A stretch of 53,321 nt of DNA, the filler included, from Diploschistes diacapsis (taxonomy: Eukaryota), in NCBI GenBank assembly GCA_023645945.1. It is 4 parts of 4 records of this genome, joined end to end, with 100 filler letters (N's around TTAATTAATTAA, not from the genome) between each part and the next. Parts side by side here need not be neighbours in the genome. Positions count along the whole stretch, not along the records: positions 1 to 13,263 come from JALAIB010000673.1; 3 more parts are not named here. One strand, given 5' to 3'. Under the pieces are notes generated by a model that saw nothing but the letters and a program-made list of their open reading frames with translations, did no database searches and was not told the origin of the DNA. Shown in pieces: positions 1 to 12,300 of the stretch. Every line of letters starts with the position of its first letter. Within the stretch, counting starts at the first letter, position 1. Made by a program: the position numbers and the translations under genes.

Positions 1-52
1 CAACAACCCCCCCCCCTCCTTCTCCATTTACCAAACAGAGCAAATGCACGCC

Positions 53-1262
53 ATGCCCCACTACGAACTACACCACTCAACCCCACTCTCCTCCTCGCAA
101 CGGGACCAGCTAGCGGAAGCTATCACTACCATCCACACCGAAAAGTTCGGCACCCCGTCGCTGTTTGTCAATGTCGTCTTCCGCCATCTGGACGAGAGTG
201 CATCGGGCGCTTGGTACGTCGCGGGAAAGAAGGTATAGTGGGTTCCTACGTTTTGCTTGCTTTCTCTGTATCTCATTTTTTTTCGGTTGGGGCGGGGTGG
301 GGTGATTCCCGTTTCAGGGAGTTCTTAGGTTCTGCGACTTGCTGTCTAATGGAAGGCATTGATGGTTGGGGAGGGCTAGGCAGGATGAGAAGGGTAGATG
401 CTTGGAATTTTTAAAAGCGAGTGGTGAGTGGGCTGGCAATATAGTGGTAAGGGGTTAGGTGGTGGAGAGAAGGGGAGAAGAATGGTGAAGGCTTTGTATT
501 AGGAACTGAGGGGGGTGAGGAAGATAAGTGGGTGAGAACTGTGGTCTGAGATCCTTGTGAAGGTACAAGGGAGGGGAGCGGCAACTGTGACGAGTGATGG
601 AGCTTTTACGACGCAAGATGAAGACTACTAAGAACTGTTGAAGCAGGAGACCAACTTTTACCCTGGGTCAATAAACAGACGATGGAGGGTGGAGCAGGTG
701 TCTCTAACTTGGTGCTTTCCGTTTTGTATCTTCGATTCACTCGTTCTTGTGGAGCGCTTCCTCGTGTCTTTCAGCCCCTTGATGCTCTGCGTAGAACATT
801 GAAGGCAACAACTTCTGTTTATGTGCGCCCCTTTTCCGAGCGCTCATCCCCCCATCCCTGTCCAAACACCTTTTCGTCTCCTAACCCATCATCTCCTTGT
901 TTTCGCTCTTTCTTCTGTCTCTAACATCTCCGGTCCCACAGAAACAAATGAACTCCCTAACCGCCCATGTCCGCACCGGCCCCAGCCGGACCCAATCCGA
1001 CTACGACGCCCTCACCAGCTCCCTACAGGGGGCATGGGACAGCATCATAAAGCCGCACTACCACTCCCAGCAACTCGGTCGCATCCTTATCGTCGGCTCC
1101 ATCCTCGCGGGGCGTGAATCCGGGTTCACGATGCCGCCGGCGGGCCAGGATGAGGGGTGGCTGAGGGAGAATTGGGCGGAATTTGAGAGGAGGGCGGAAA
1201 AGGGGGACGAGGATTTTGTGGGGTTGATCGAGGAAGTTAAGTGGAGGGGATTGTTGAAGTAG
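53..1262 (+). CDS. Tautomerase superfamily protein, cis-CaaD-like (Tautomerase_3); exons 53-232 and 942-1262
   Basis: ATG-CCC gives a Pro-1 N-terminus (PHYELHH...LAEAITTIH...P.LFVNV.F). Donor GTATAG at 233, branch CTAAC at 921, acceptor CAG at 941. Exon 2 is in frame and contains HVRTGPSR and GRESGFTMPPAG. Confidence 0.85.
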
Positions 1263-1891
1263 GGGAAGGAGGGGAGAACGATTAGGAAGGGGCGGGGGGA
1301 CACAGAATGGAGCAAGGCAAAAGGGTGGGTAGGAGGTAGCTAAGGAAGGAGAACGAGAGCAGCAGACGGAGCATTACGAGGGCAACAACGCAAACGGAAA
1401 TCGGACGGGGCTTTGGAGAGAAGCTCTTTATTGAGTAGAAGTCGCACCAGCGGAGATGTGGAGAGAGAAGATAAATCAATGTGCAGTCTCGCATATATAT
1501 ATCGGTTTAATTCAATACTGGCAGAATCCAGTATTGTTGGTCTTTTGGTACTAAACTGGCGCTTTACAATGCAACGGTCGACCCGGCTGGATCGGTCAAC
1601 ATCCGTACCAATATAACATCGTACTGGTTTTGTCTGACTTTGTAATCAGCTGCTTTGATGATACAAACCCATACGATGCCCGAATCGAGGGGAGTACGTG
1701 CATCATGTTTGGACAGATTAACGGTTAACAGATTAACCATATCGGGCCTAATAATTTATCATAAATATTAAATAAATAATCGGTCCGAGTAATGACCGTT
1801 TCACACTAACATATGCCGGAAGGGATGTCAATAACACAATCGAGCCGGATCCCGATTCCTCAGCCAACTTATTGTTCAGAAGCAGTGTTAT

Positions 1892-2041
1892 GACAGATCC
1901 GGATCTGAAGTGGATCCCAGATCCAGTTTGTTGAGTTTGTATTCGCCCCTACGGTGGTCAAAAAATGGCCCCAGGTGCTGGTACACAAGGGCCAAAGCGG
2001 CGTAGCTTGGATCCCAGATCCAATTCAGATCCGGATCTGTC
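1892..2041. repeat. 34-bp imperfect inverted repeat built from GATCC palindromes (MITE or transposon-end-like)
   Basis: 1892-1925 matches the reverse complement of 2008-2041 at 30/34. Each arm contains the perfect palindrome CAGATCCGGATCTG. Confidence 0.75.
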
Positions 2042-2415
2042 TGTTCGGAAGTGAAATATCAATCAGAATTTGCATTGTTTGCACAATCGCGCTTCTCTCG
2101 GAACCCGCCAACCAATTGCGCGAAGCGCACATACTCCTCTTCTGGCAAATGACTTTGTTCAGATGCTCCTTCGGCCAAGGAACAAACTTCCAGGCAATCG
2201 CTGGACTGCGGACGAAAGCACGATCGTACCGGAGATGTTCAATGAACTTGGGCCCTTTTTGGGCCACGGGCCTGAGGAGCAGTACTTAGAAGACATATAT
2301 AAAGGCCTATCCATGCTCTGTGTAACTGCTCTCAGCTCATACTTTACGCATCGATCCAGACTTCTGCCTTACCTCACCAATAACGACCCGCCTTCCATCC
2401 GCGAAGGATATCAAA

Positions 2416-3134
2416 ATGACCGTCAACTCCAGTACCAACTTCGACGCCGTTGAGGGCGAAATGGTCAAGCCAAACAAGCTCGCCCACGTGGTATTTCGCT
2501 CCGCCAACTTTAATGCCATGCGACAATTCTACCTCACATTCCTCGGCGCCACCGTATCACACGAGGATCAAAATATATGCTTCATGACCTACGACGAGGA
2601 GCACCACCGGCTTGCTCTCATCAACATGCCGCATCTAGAGACACAGCACAAGAGAAACAATGGCTTCGAAGTGGGTTGATCCGGTCAAGGTAATAATCGA
2701 GGGGGCATCAACACTCTGACCGCAATAGCACATGGCTTTCACCTATGATGCCCTTGACGACCTCCTACTATCGTATCGCCAGCGCAAGGCCCGTGGCATA
2801 TCGCCTGTTTGGACCATCAACCATGGACCGACAACCTCAATATACTACCAAGGTAACTAACATGCTCGACGGTAGGATTGGCTTTCATAGCAGGCTAACG
2901 CCACCAGATCCGGACAAGAATATCATCGAGACTCAATTCGACAATTTTGACAGCGAGAAGACCAAGGCCTTCATGCGTTCCGAATCCTTCCAGGAGAATC
3001 CTGTTGGAGTTGACTTCGACCCGGAGGAGCTCATTGAGAGAATCAAGAAAGGGGAAACTCTAGAGTCTCTAGTAACCAGAGCGGACATCGGAAAGAGAGG
3101 CATAGATACTATTCCGAAGGTGATGCATACGTAG
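2416..3134 (+). CDS. VOC/glyoxalase-family protein, BphC-like single-domain extradiol dioxygenase type; exons 2416-2670, 2729-2852, 2908-3134
   Basis: Motifs KLAHVVFRS, YDEEHHRLALI, FEHMAFTY and NHGPTTSIYYQDPDKNIIE. Two GT-AG introns with CTGAC/CTAAC branch sites restore one frame. Confidence 0.85.
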
Positions 3135-5270
3135 GAATGTATCTAGTTTCAAAAGAGTTGAAATGGAATGATCATGTTGGTCGAAAATTTATCAAGCTGT
3201 TACACGTAGCATGGGGTATATTGTTTTGAGCTGGGAGATGAAGGAATTCAAATAGTATGCCCAAACGGGTTAGGCTGCTGGTTGTAGCCAACTTAACGGA
3301 CGTAAATGCTATCATACGGAAAAACGATATTCCTTGAGAGCAGAATAGTGGAGGCTTGGCATTATCGTAGCATTTTACGCGCATGATCCCATTTGGTGCT
3401 GAAGCAACGTTATGATCTCATCGATTATGCAAGCCGCCGGTATGCGCAATGCACAAAATCAACAGCAAGGCTGTGCAGGCTGATCTTTGTGCTTTTTTAT
3501 GAAGAGCCTTCCTTTTTGTGGGATTATTTTCCAACGTCCCATTCCTTCATTCAAAAGTACGTGTTTCCACAATTTAACTTCGCAAGGTATTTGATGGCCA
3601 AATGCTCGTATCACCATCAATGTGACACCGGCCGCTGGTACCAAAGCTTCTTTGCTCTACTGAAAGATCTGCTTCTTGAATCCCAGACGAAACACTTTGT
3701 ACAGAGCCTCGAGCTCCCTCCTCCCCCGCCCGCCATCGTCTCCGACGAGATCAAGTCAATCCGGCACCAGCTCCATGCCTAGCTCAATGCCTCGTATTTA
3801 AGTGGCTAATGAAAAACGAATGATGACGATTGTAGATGACAACAAAACGTAGTTTACAGAAGCAAATTGAGAATACACAAGAGAAGTGACGGCAGTGGAG
3901 ACTAGGATCTCGTATCCCAAAGATTTTTCTGCCACGGCCAGCTTGAGCCTCTGAAGCTTGGCCTGCTGTTGACCCACTCTCTGGCTGTGGGATAAGATGA
4001 CGGTTATGAGGATCAACGACGGAGACTGAGAGAATGAACGACGCTCATTTGTTGGATGTTCTTGGGAGCTTGCGCGGTCACTTCACTAACCACACCCTCC
4101 TCTTTCTTATCCCACCCCTCCCACCAGAGGCAGCTCCCCTATTTCCTATTTTGTCCCCGTCGCCCCAGCACTCCAGCCAATCGTTATTTTCCCCAACCAC
4201 CACCATCCATAGCCGGAGCTCCAATACATGCGAGAGACATGTCGTCCGATTTTTGCAGAACCTTAAGCTGCCTGTGGATAAAGGCTTATGTGTACTTGAG
4301 AGGAATGGGCATTGGGACCGGTACTGTTTCGTACAGACAATATTTGTCCAATGGATTCGCGGCGAAGCGCCTCGCAGGTGATCCCATGATGGCATGAATA
4401 CGTATATAGTATTGGCAGAGTGTAGGTTGATCTGCAACTCTGACTGCAGTAAGCAAAGTGCATCTACTTCGTAAGTCACTCACCGTTTGCTGGTTACTTC
4501 CGGCAGGCCCAAATGAGGATGAGCAGGTGTGTGGAGTCAGCCATGGGCCATACCTGCTTTCGTCGTATCGAAGTGTTGGGGAACAAAACCCGGCCGCTGT
4601 TTTGAAAGTCCATGGAACTCGACGCCGGTTGCGGTTGTGGGCGTAGTAAGGGTTAGCGTGTTGACGAATGCAGCAGGTAGCTTCCGCCTGAGGGGGGGGG
4701 GAAGGGAAGCCTACCAAGGGGAATAGTTGTTGTGCTAAGAAAAGGAGAAAGGCTACTATTGCGAAGCAAGCCAGAGATTGCTGCCCCATCAACGCTACTT
4801 CGGCCGCTCACCCGCTCGCCATCCGTATATTGGTGAAAAACTCGTGTAATTAGAAGAGTAATTAATTAGCACCACCACTCGCACAACAACACAACACACT
4901 AGTCCATTCCGAGCGAACTGTTACCCGCCCCCTAACTATCACTCAAATGAAACCAAACTCGTACCTCCTGCCTTCTTATTTTCCCTCAACCCCCCGATTA
5001 AAACCTGGTCTTCTTTCCCAACCTCCTCCCCATACGCATATCCATACGCACCTTTCTACGACTCAGAGTATTTACTCGAGCCTCTCCTGCCATTTGCTTA
5101 AGAAGACATCTTCTGCTTGCACTATCAGTCTTCGATTATTACATTCGTTGAACATCTTAATACCTTCGCTGCACATACTAAAGTAATACCTTTAATATCC
5201 CCCCTAGCTCCTTCCTCCAGGATCATTGAATCGAAGCACTTGCAAAACAGTCGACATCAAATCGGTCAAG

Positions 5271-6177
5271 ATGAAGTCATTTATTGCTGTTGCTGCTCTC
5301 GCCGCGGTGGCTGTTGCCAACCCGATGGCCCATGCCGTTAGCTCTAGCTGCAGTGCCTCCATGCCAGGCCAGTACGAAATCACCGTCGTCAAGCCTGCCA
5401 CTCCTTCCAAGCGTGGCCTCGAGGAGGTTAGTACCGGTCCAGTTCTGAAGCAAAAGTATCGCTAACCCGTGGTAACAGCGTGCTGCTTGCGGTGGAACTG
5501 GCACTCTCGTTGTCACCCTCGAGAACGGCGTGATGAAGGATGCGTTGGGACGTACTGCCTACATTGCCTCCAACAACCAGTTCCAGTTCGACAACCCCCC
5601 ACAAGCTAATGCCCTCGTCACCTCTGGTTTCTCCATTTGCTCCAACAACTCGATCGCTCTTGGTGGCTCCACTGTTTTCTACCAGTGCTTGTCGGGCAGC
5701 TTCTACAATCTCTACAACAGCAATTGGGCTCCTCAATGCTCTTTGGTCGCTATGGATGTTGTTGGCTGCGGTGGCTCCAGCGGTGTTTCTGCCACCGCTA
5801 TTCCAGTTGCCACCCAGTCCTCCGACGGCCAGCCCGAAGGTACCAGCGTTCTCACCCAGCTTTCTGACGCCCAGCCCAACGGCCCCTCTGCCACCACCGC
5901 TGCCGTTCTCACTCAGCTGTCCGATGCTCAACCCAACGGTCCCTCTGCCACCGTCATTGCCATGTCCCAGTACTCCGATGGCCAGCCTCAGATGCCGTCT
6001 GCCCTCCTTAGCCAGCTCTCTGACGCTCAGCCAGTGGCTACGGGCACTGCTGCGGCCAACGCTACCGTTGCCACTGCCTCTCCATCCATCACTCCCTTCA
6101 CTGGCGCTGCCAGTCTACCAATGATCGGTGAGATGGCTGCCATCGCCGGTGGTCTCGCCGCTGTTGCCCTTCTATGA
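5271..6177 (+). CDS. PIR-repeat covalently linked cell wall protein, secreted and probably GPI-anchored; exons 5271-5426 and 5479-6177
   Basis: Signal peptide MKSFIAVAALAAVAVA and a KR Kex2-like site. PIR-type Cys domain (GRTAYIASNNQFQFD...GFSIC...FYQCLSG.FYNLY...PQC). Five Q.SD(G/A)QP repeats and a hydrophobic C-terminus. Intron GTTAGT...GCTAAC...CAG. Confidence 0.9.
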
Positions 6178-9100
6178 GCAACTTCTTGGTCATCCTTCTG
6201 GTTGGATAGATGTAACGGGATGGATGAATTCCTTGACGAATCACCCCAACATCTACTGGGCATCAGTTGCACATATGTTTCACGACCACAAATTAGCATC
6301 TGGGATTTTCAAAAGAGCAATGTCGCAAGATAGCTTTCCTTCAGCGACGGGCGTGATGGCACATGATTTTTACATGACTTCTTGGGAGCTTAATTGATTG
6401 CATGCAGGGCTGAGGCCTGCACATGCTACAGCATCCCCGCATAGTTGATCGTCTTAATATTAGTTAGAGAAAACTTGAATGAAATGATGAAACCCGGACC
6501 GCATTCGCTTCCGTATTTGTGTGATACGCAACATTAAATTCGGGTCAAACGTGTTCACAAGCGTTCTTCTTGCACCACCGATCAACAGGGGCAGGGGCTT
6601 ATGTTAAATATACCATTCATTCTCCTTTCCAGGTCTCACCAGCCAAACAACGTCGGCCCAGATGTAACCAAGTTAGGGTTACTGGTAAAGGCAGGCGGCA
6701 TGCGACCTTCCCGTCGCCGTACAACAACGCTGGGGTTGAGAAGAAAAGTCCCGGTTTCAGCACCCTCGCTTCCACCCTATCAAGCCTACTAGTTACCCAT
6801 ATACCCCATATATCCCCTAGCCATGTCGCCCCTGCGCCCTGCGTTTTGCCCGTTGGGGGCCGCGCTGGTCGAAGTTAAGAGATTGCTTGCTTTGCGCAAC
6901 GACATGCACAGTATAAATCGGACTGGGGTCTGCAGGGGAGTGTGTACTTGTGCTTTGTGCGATTACGAGGGACAGGGGGAGAGAGCTTGAAGCGAGCCCC
7001 CCGTGTCTGGGGAATTTTTTTTTTTTGGAGAGATGAGAGATTGGAGGGGAGGTGGTGCTACTTGAGGTACGGTATGTGTACATACAAAATATGCCATGTT
7101 TTTGGGTTTTGGGCAGATGAAACACATGCATCATTCATCCAGGCCCCATTCGTGTATGCGTATTGTATGCCTGAATTATCCCAGGCTCTGGGTCGTCGCG
7201 CCAACGCTCTCTGCAACGCACAGGGGCGCTTTACTTGTGGATAATCTTGTATGGAAGTAATTGGATATGGAGAGTATGGGTGCACATTTGGTCCGTTAAT
7301 TAGCCCAGATAGGCGTTGAGATGGTCATAGCTTCAAAGCTGTGTTGGTTCGAATGGGTTGACAACACAATACTACGTCGGGGTTTCAACAACTTTCCAAG
7401 TCTGTACACGCGTATGCAGTATACTACTAGGTCTAGTAGCATCCTGCGTGCAGAAGCGATGTTGTCAAGGTAACATGCACGTATGCATCTCCCACCCACC
7501 TTCGTTGCAACCCAATACTCGTGAAGCTCCTGAGGGCTGTGGGCCATGGGGGCCATGGGGTACTAGTACGAAGCTAGATACCGGTCTTTCCCCCGTAGCA
7601 TCAGCTCTCAGGCTGTGTTGCTGGGCATCACGATTCACGTCGTTGTCGTTGCGACGGCGGCTGGTGTCGGTGAAGGGTTTGACGGTTCGAGTCTTCGAGG
7701 CACGGCTTGCTGATATCATTATTTGGAGAAAGTGATGCAGCTGAGAAACAGAAAGCGGTAAGGCCAAGCAGGTTCTTTGGTGCAAGGCGTCGAATTGAAG
7801 GCTTCTTCTATCCAAGATTGATGCAGGACAGGTTGTGAAATTTGGCACAGGAGCTTGGGCTTCGAACCATCATCAAGGTGATTGACGTCTATTCTGACAC
7901 CAGAGCAAGGTATCGTGTGTTGCCTGCTGCATTGAAAGTTTTTCCACCATACCACATATTGTAGGGTTTCCAATTGCAGCATCGAGTCTTTAGTCGAATG
8001 CCCTCTGCTTGCCTACTGATGGCCGCAGTACAAACAAGCCAACTATCACTTCTCCCATTCTCTTACAGATATCCAACAATCTTTCTTCTCAAGGTACTGG
8101 GAGATGTTCTCCATCCAGCCCACCATCATATCCACAGTCTTTCTTTCCCTCGACAGGCAGCTTAAGCTCCCTCATCGATGAAAAAAGGATAGACCAGCAA
8201 AAATTCCCCCACCGAAGGCCCCGAAGGACACTCGACAAGACTCGTCGCCTCGATGTGCAATGAAGGACTTGTCCTGTGCCAGACACACGTCTTGATCTAT
8301 GTTGGCGCAAGAAGGTAAGTATGAAGTTTGCAACAAGTACGGAAGATGGCCAAAAATATATACTCCAGAAAGCACGCTAAGCCCTACGAGACTGTGACTC
8401 ACACTTTTCGCTACACTTGGTCTCGACCTCTTCACTTATATTACGAAAGCCCTTGGTCGCGTTGTCGAGCCATGTCCCGGATGGCGATAGATTCGTTGGA
8501 GTTCAGGAAGATGTAGCTGAACTAAGCCTGAGACACTTGACTCTCTCTACCTTTGACATTCAAGGACCAGTCGCGATCCGGTTCTAAGGATTATGTTTCT
8601 TTGGAGGTTGATGCCGACTCAGAGCCACTGCCTTCGTCTTGTGCACTGGTGACCCTGGCGATGTCTCGAAAGAAAAGGATCATGGGTGATCTGGGTCAAT
8701 TGAGCAACGTACAAGCCAAGGGCATCCTCATCTGCTGCTTTCCCGATCCTCGCTGTAGGTGGAGAGAGGCAGAGGCGCATTGCTCGAGTCCGGTCCGCGG
8801 TACGAGGGATACGCGGGCCAGTTGGACACCTCAGGGCCTTTATAGAACAAGGACTGTCAGAGCATCAAGCGATCCTAAAGACAGGCTGCCGGACTATGGA
8901 ATATTGCTCGTTCTTGTGGGTTAGCCCTTCTCTGGAAGCAATGTGAAAGTTACGGATTACTGTGAGTGCAAGGATTAAGATCACAACTATATTGGGATCG
9001 GCATGCTGAACGTATCATTGTGATGGTGCTCTGGCGTTGGGACTGGGAAGGCCTTAACAGTAGAATAACTTGGCTGGTTACGGCCTCTGGTGGCCCTGAT

Positions 9101-9303
9101 TCCTATTTCACAAGCTTCCTATGCTAGATGAGAAGCTACTGTCACTTCCACTCAATTATTGTTCTAACATACACATGTACGTTCGTCAAAAGCAGAAACC
9201 CCCATTTTATTGAACCTCCGCTGCCTTCTGGTTGGAGTCCCGATAGCCCTTGGAGCAGATCCTGAGAATATTGCAAAGGACGCAGCCGTCGGACAATCGA
9301 ATC

Positions 9304-12300
9304 TTATATCTTGTGATAACACCAGCAGAGTAGTAGATAAGTTACTGTCTGGGTTTGACACTGACTGCGATCAGGTACTTCGCCCGCTCGATTCCCTGTC
9401 TCCGCTTTGGATTCTCGGGCACCGGTCAGCTTTGCTGTCCACAGCTTACCTTGGAGGCTCAACTTACAGCTGTCTAATATCTCCTTCTGGCGCGGGAGGT
9501 GGCTCTGGCTTTCTTGCGTTCGTCCTTTGTGATATTTCCAGTGCCGTCGTCGCTTATGAACTAGTGACATTCTCAGCATCACGAGCATCCGTTGTCTTGG
9601 CCTCAGGCTGGTGCAAAGGCTCTTCCTGGGGAACTTCTTCCAGTGGAAGCATCTAGTGGGTTCCGTTCTGTTCAGCTTGGATGTCGGCCTTCTGCGCTTT
9701 TGATCGTTCTCTTTTCTTCTTCCAGTACCGAGCTTCAGCTTTTTTGCGTATGCTCGCCTCATCAATACCCCTTGCCCTCAATTCCCGGTGCCATAAGTCC
9801 ATCGGGTCAACGCCGTGTTTTTGCAAGGTTTCCCAGATACTCTTTATCCATTCCGCCTCCGCAATCTCGGTCTTATTGTTTATTCGATTTTGACCGGCCA
9901 AGATTTTGTCCAGTTTCTGTTCTAGAACGTCAAGCTTTCTGCCTTGGCTCTCCAGTGCTGCAGCGTGAGTGGCTTGCTGCTTTCCTTGGATATCAAGAAC
10001 TTGAGGGAGTTGGGTTGTCTCCCGGGCCAATGTCACTCGTGGAAGCGATACCTGCTCCTTGTTCTCCCCAGGCTGGAACGTGTTGTCTGCTTTACCCCCC
10101 TCTTGTAGTTGGTTAGGCGTTTTCTCAGTTTCGAATGCGTCGCTTGCTTCGGGTCCTCTTGATGACTTGGACATCTCCTCTGCTTGGAATGGGTCGTCTA
10201 CTTCGGGTCTCTGCGGTAGCTAGTTAGGCATTTCCCCAGTTTCGATTGCCCCACTCCGCTTCGTGCTCGTCTGATAAGTGGCCAAGCGCGTTCTGATCGA
10301 CCAGTGTGGTCTCTATACTCTGGGGATTGCGACGCTGCCGCTTCACAGCCGTTGCCATTGCCGTTGATATGACTGGTCTTTTTGCTCTCTTTCTGCATGC
10401 CAAGCTTGTGTGCACAAAAGGTAGCTGTCGCTGTGGACTTGTATTATTCTCAATGGTCTCTTCTGAGCTCAGAGATGCACCACGACGGCGAGACGGCGAC
10501 TTGTCTTGGAAGGGAGCCACCTTACATGTCTTTTCTTGTAATGGTCCGGTGGGTGGTGGACGATGAAGTTGAGCTCTTGCATTCTTCTGAGGCTCCTCTT
10601 CTGCCGGGGGCCCGCGCTTACAGACACTGTGCGCGAGCACACAGCGCACACAGCAGCGACTTGTCTCGCCTAGTATGCACTCGTATCCTTTTCTTCTGCA
10701 AAGCTGGCATCCTTCGCCAGGGGCATAAACAACGCTAGGCTTCTGGAGTATGGCTTGTGCAAGCAGATGCACTTTGGATGTGCCTCTAGCCCATGCGGGA
10801 TGAATGGGCTTTTCCGCAATCTGTTGAGTGTGCTTAGAAGCACGGCTGGATTCATCTGGATTAGGAGCATGGATCTTTTTATCTGTGGTTCGTTGAGCAT
10901 CTTTAGACGCGCAGCTGGACATGTCGAACTCAAATGGCATCACGCGTTGAGTAGGCGCGGTTGAACTGGGTGGCTTGTCTGCTGATAATGCCGAACGCGC
11001 TGGCCCCCAAGATGCGGCAGCAGCGACCGTTACATTCCCTTCTGTGGCTTGCTGAGGGATAGGAGGAGATGTATCAGAATTATAAGGTAAGACGGCAGGT
11101 TGATGCTGGGGTGCGGCAACCGGAGTGGCAGTGTCAAGACCAAACTCAGCAGAAAGCTCTCGGCCGGTAGCATCGATGGCTGGGGCGTGTAAGCACTGAA
11201 AATGGTCAGCTATATCCAACATGGCGGAGCTTGGAGAGGGTCGTATAGGCTTTATTGCATTAGTGAGTAGCCCGTTCGCATTCGACGCAGTGCTAATGCA
11301 TATTTCTTTAAGAGAATTCACTTACAGTTACCTTTTTTTGAGCGCCTTGAAGCGCTTTGTCTGATTCTCCACTGTTGTGAAGATGTAGGTGTTTTAAGGG
11401 ATGATTTCGTGAAGGCGACTTATAACAGTCAAGAGTAAAGAAGATGCAGTCGGATCATAAAGATGGTAGGCAAACAAGTTGCAATCAACTGATAAGGACT
11501 GAGTCAATAAGACGCATCACAGTACACTTTGTAGAACTTACTGTGTAGGCGCATTTTTGCGTGTCCTTCGTTTGGTAATGTTCGTTCTGCAACTTCATCT
11601 ATCCGAGCTACCAACAACTGAATCCGAGAAGAGGCTCCAAGCTCGATGGCTAATCTGCATTACTAGGAACTAAGTGTCTGATCTGCAGATGCTTATAATT
11701 GTTTCCCCAATTGTAATCCTCTAAACCTATGCTCACCCCTCTGGTTCTCTGAATTGATCTGGATTGTCCAGAAACTTGTTCCTCCGCGCAAAGACCTCAC
11801 CCGTCGCAGAGGCTGGCTCGCTCTCCAAGATATCTGATCATGGCGTCAAAAGTCGTTGATGTGACTAAAAGCCAAGTACGTCAACTTTGAGTTCTCTCAC
11901 TTGATCAATGACCCCCCCTCCCGTCTGAGCCGGCCATTTTTCGCATCTGGATGCTTGGAAATAATAATCCTCACTCTGGCTTCTTTGGAGCTATGACAAA
12001 TAAGGTAACGATTCAAGTTCTGATATTATTATCTTGCTGCTGAGCACCGACCTTGTCACAAAAGGCTTCAACATCCACTGGCTTTGCTTTCAGCGTCTCT
12101 AGCAGAAGAAAAGCGAGGTCGAAATTGATGTTCATTCGTCATCTTTAGAAGTCTTTCAGTGATGATAAGCTTGCGGACTGTGTGATGGCCTCGTCTCTTC
12201 GTACGATGGCCTTGTCACGGCCGTGGCACGCTTGTCCCTTTTACTCAAGCGCCGCGACTCTCTTGTTCTTGGCTTGAATTGTTGGTTTCGCGCTCTGTTG

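Noticed and set aside
540..680. TPP riboswitch or C/D snoRNA in the tautomerase intron
   Set aside because: CTGAGA is present but the rest of the TPP aptamer core is missing. There is no convincing paired C and D box with a terminal stem.
3393..4792. Several overlapping 110-170 aa ORFs
   Set aside because: No recognisable motif or consistent splice model. They could be a decayed gene, but this is unsupported.
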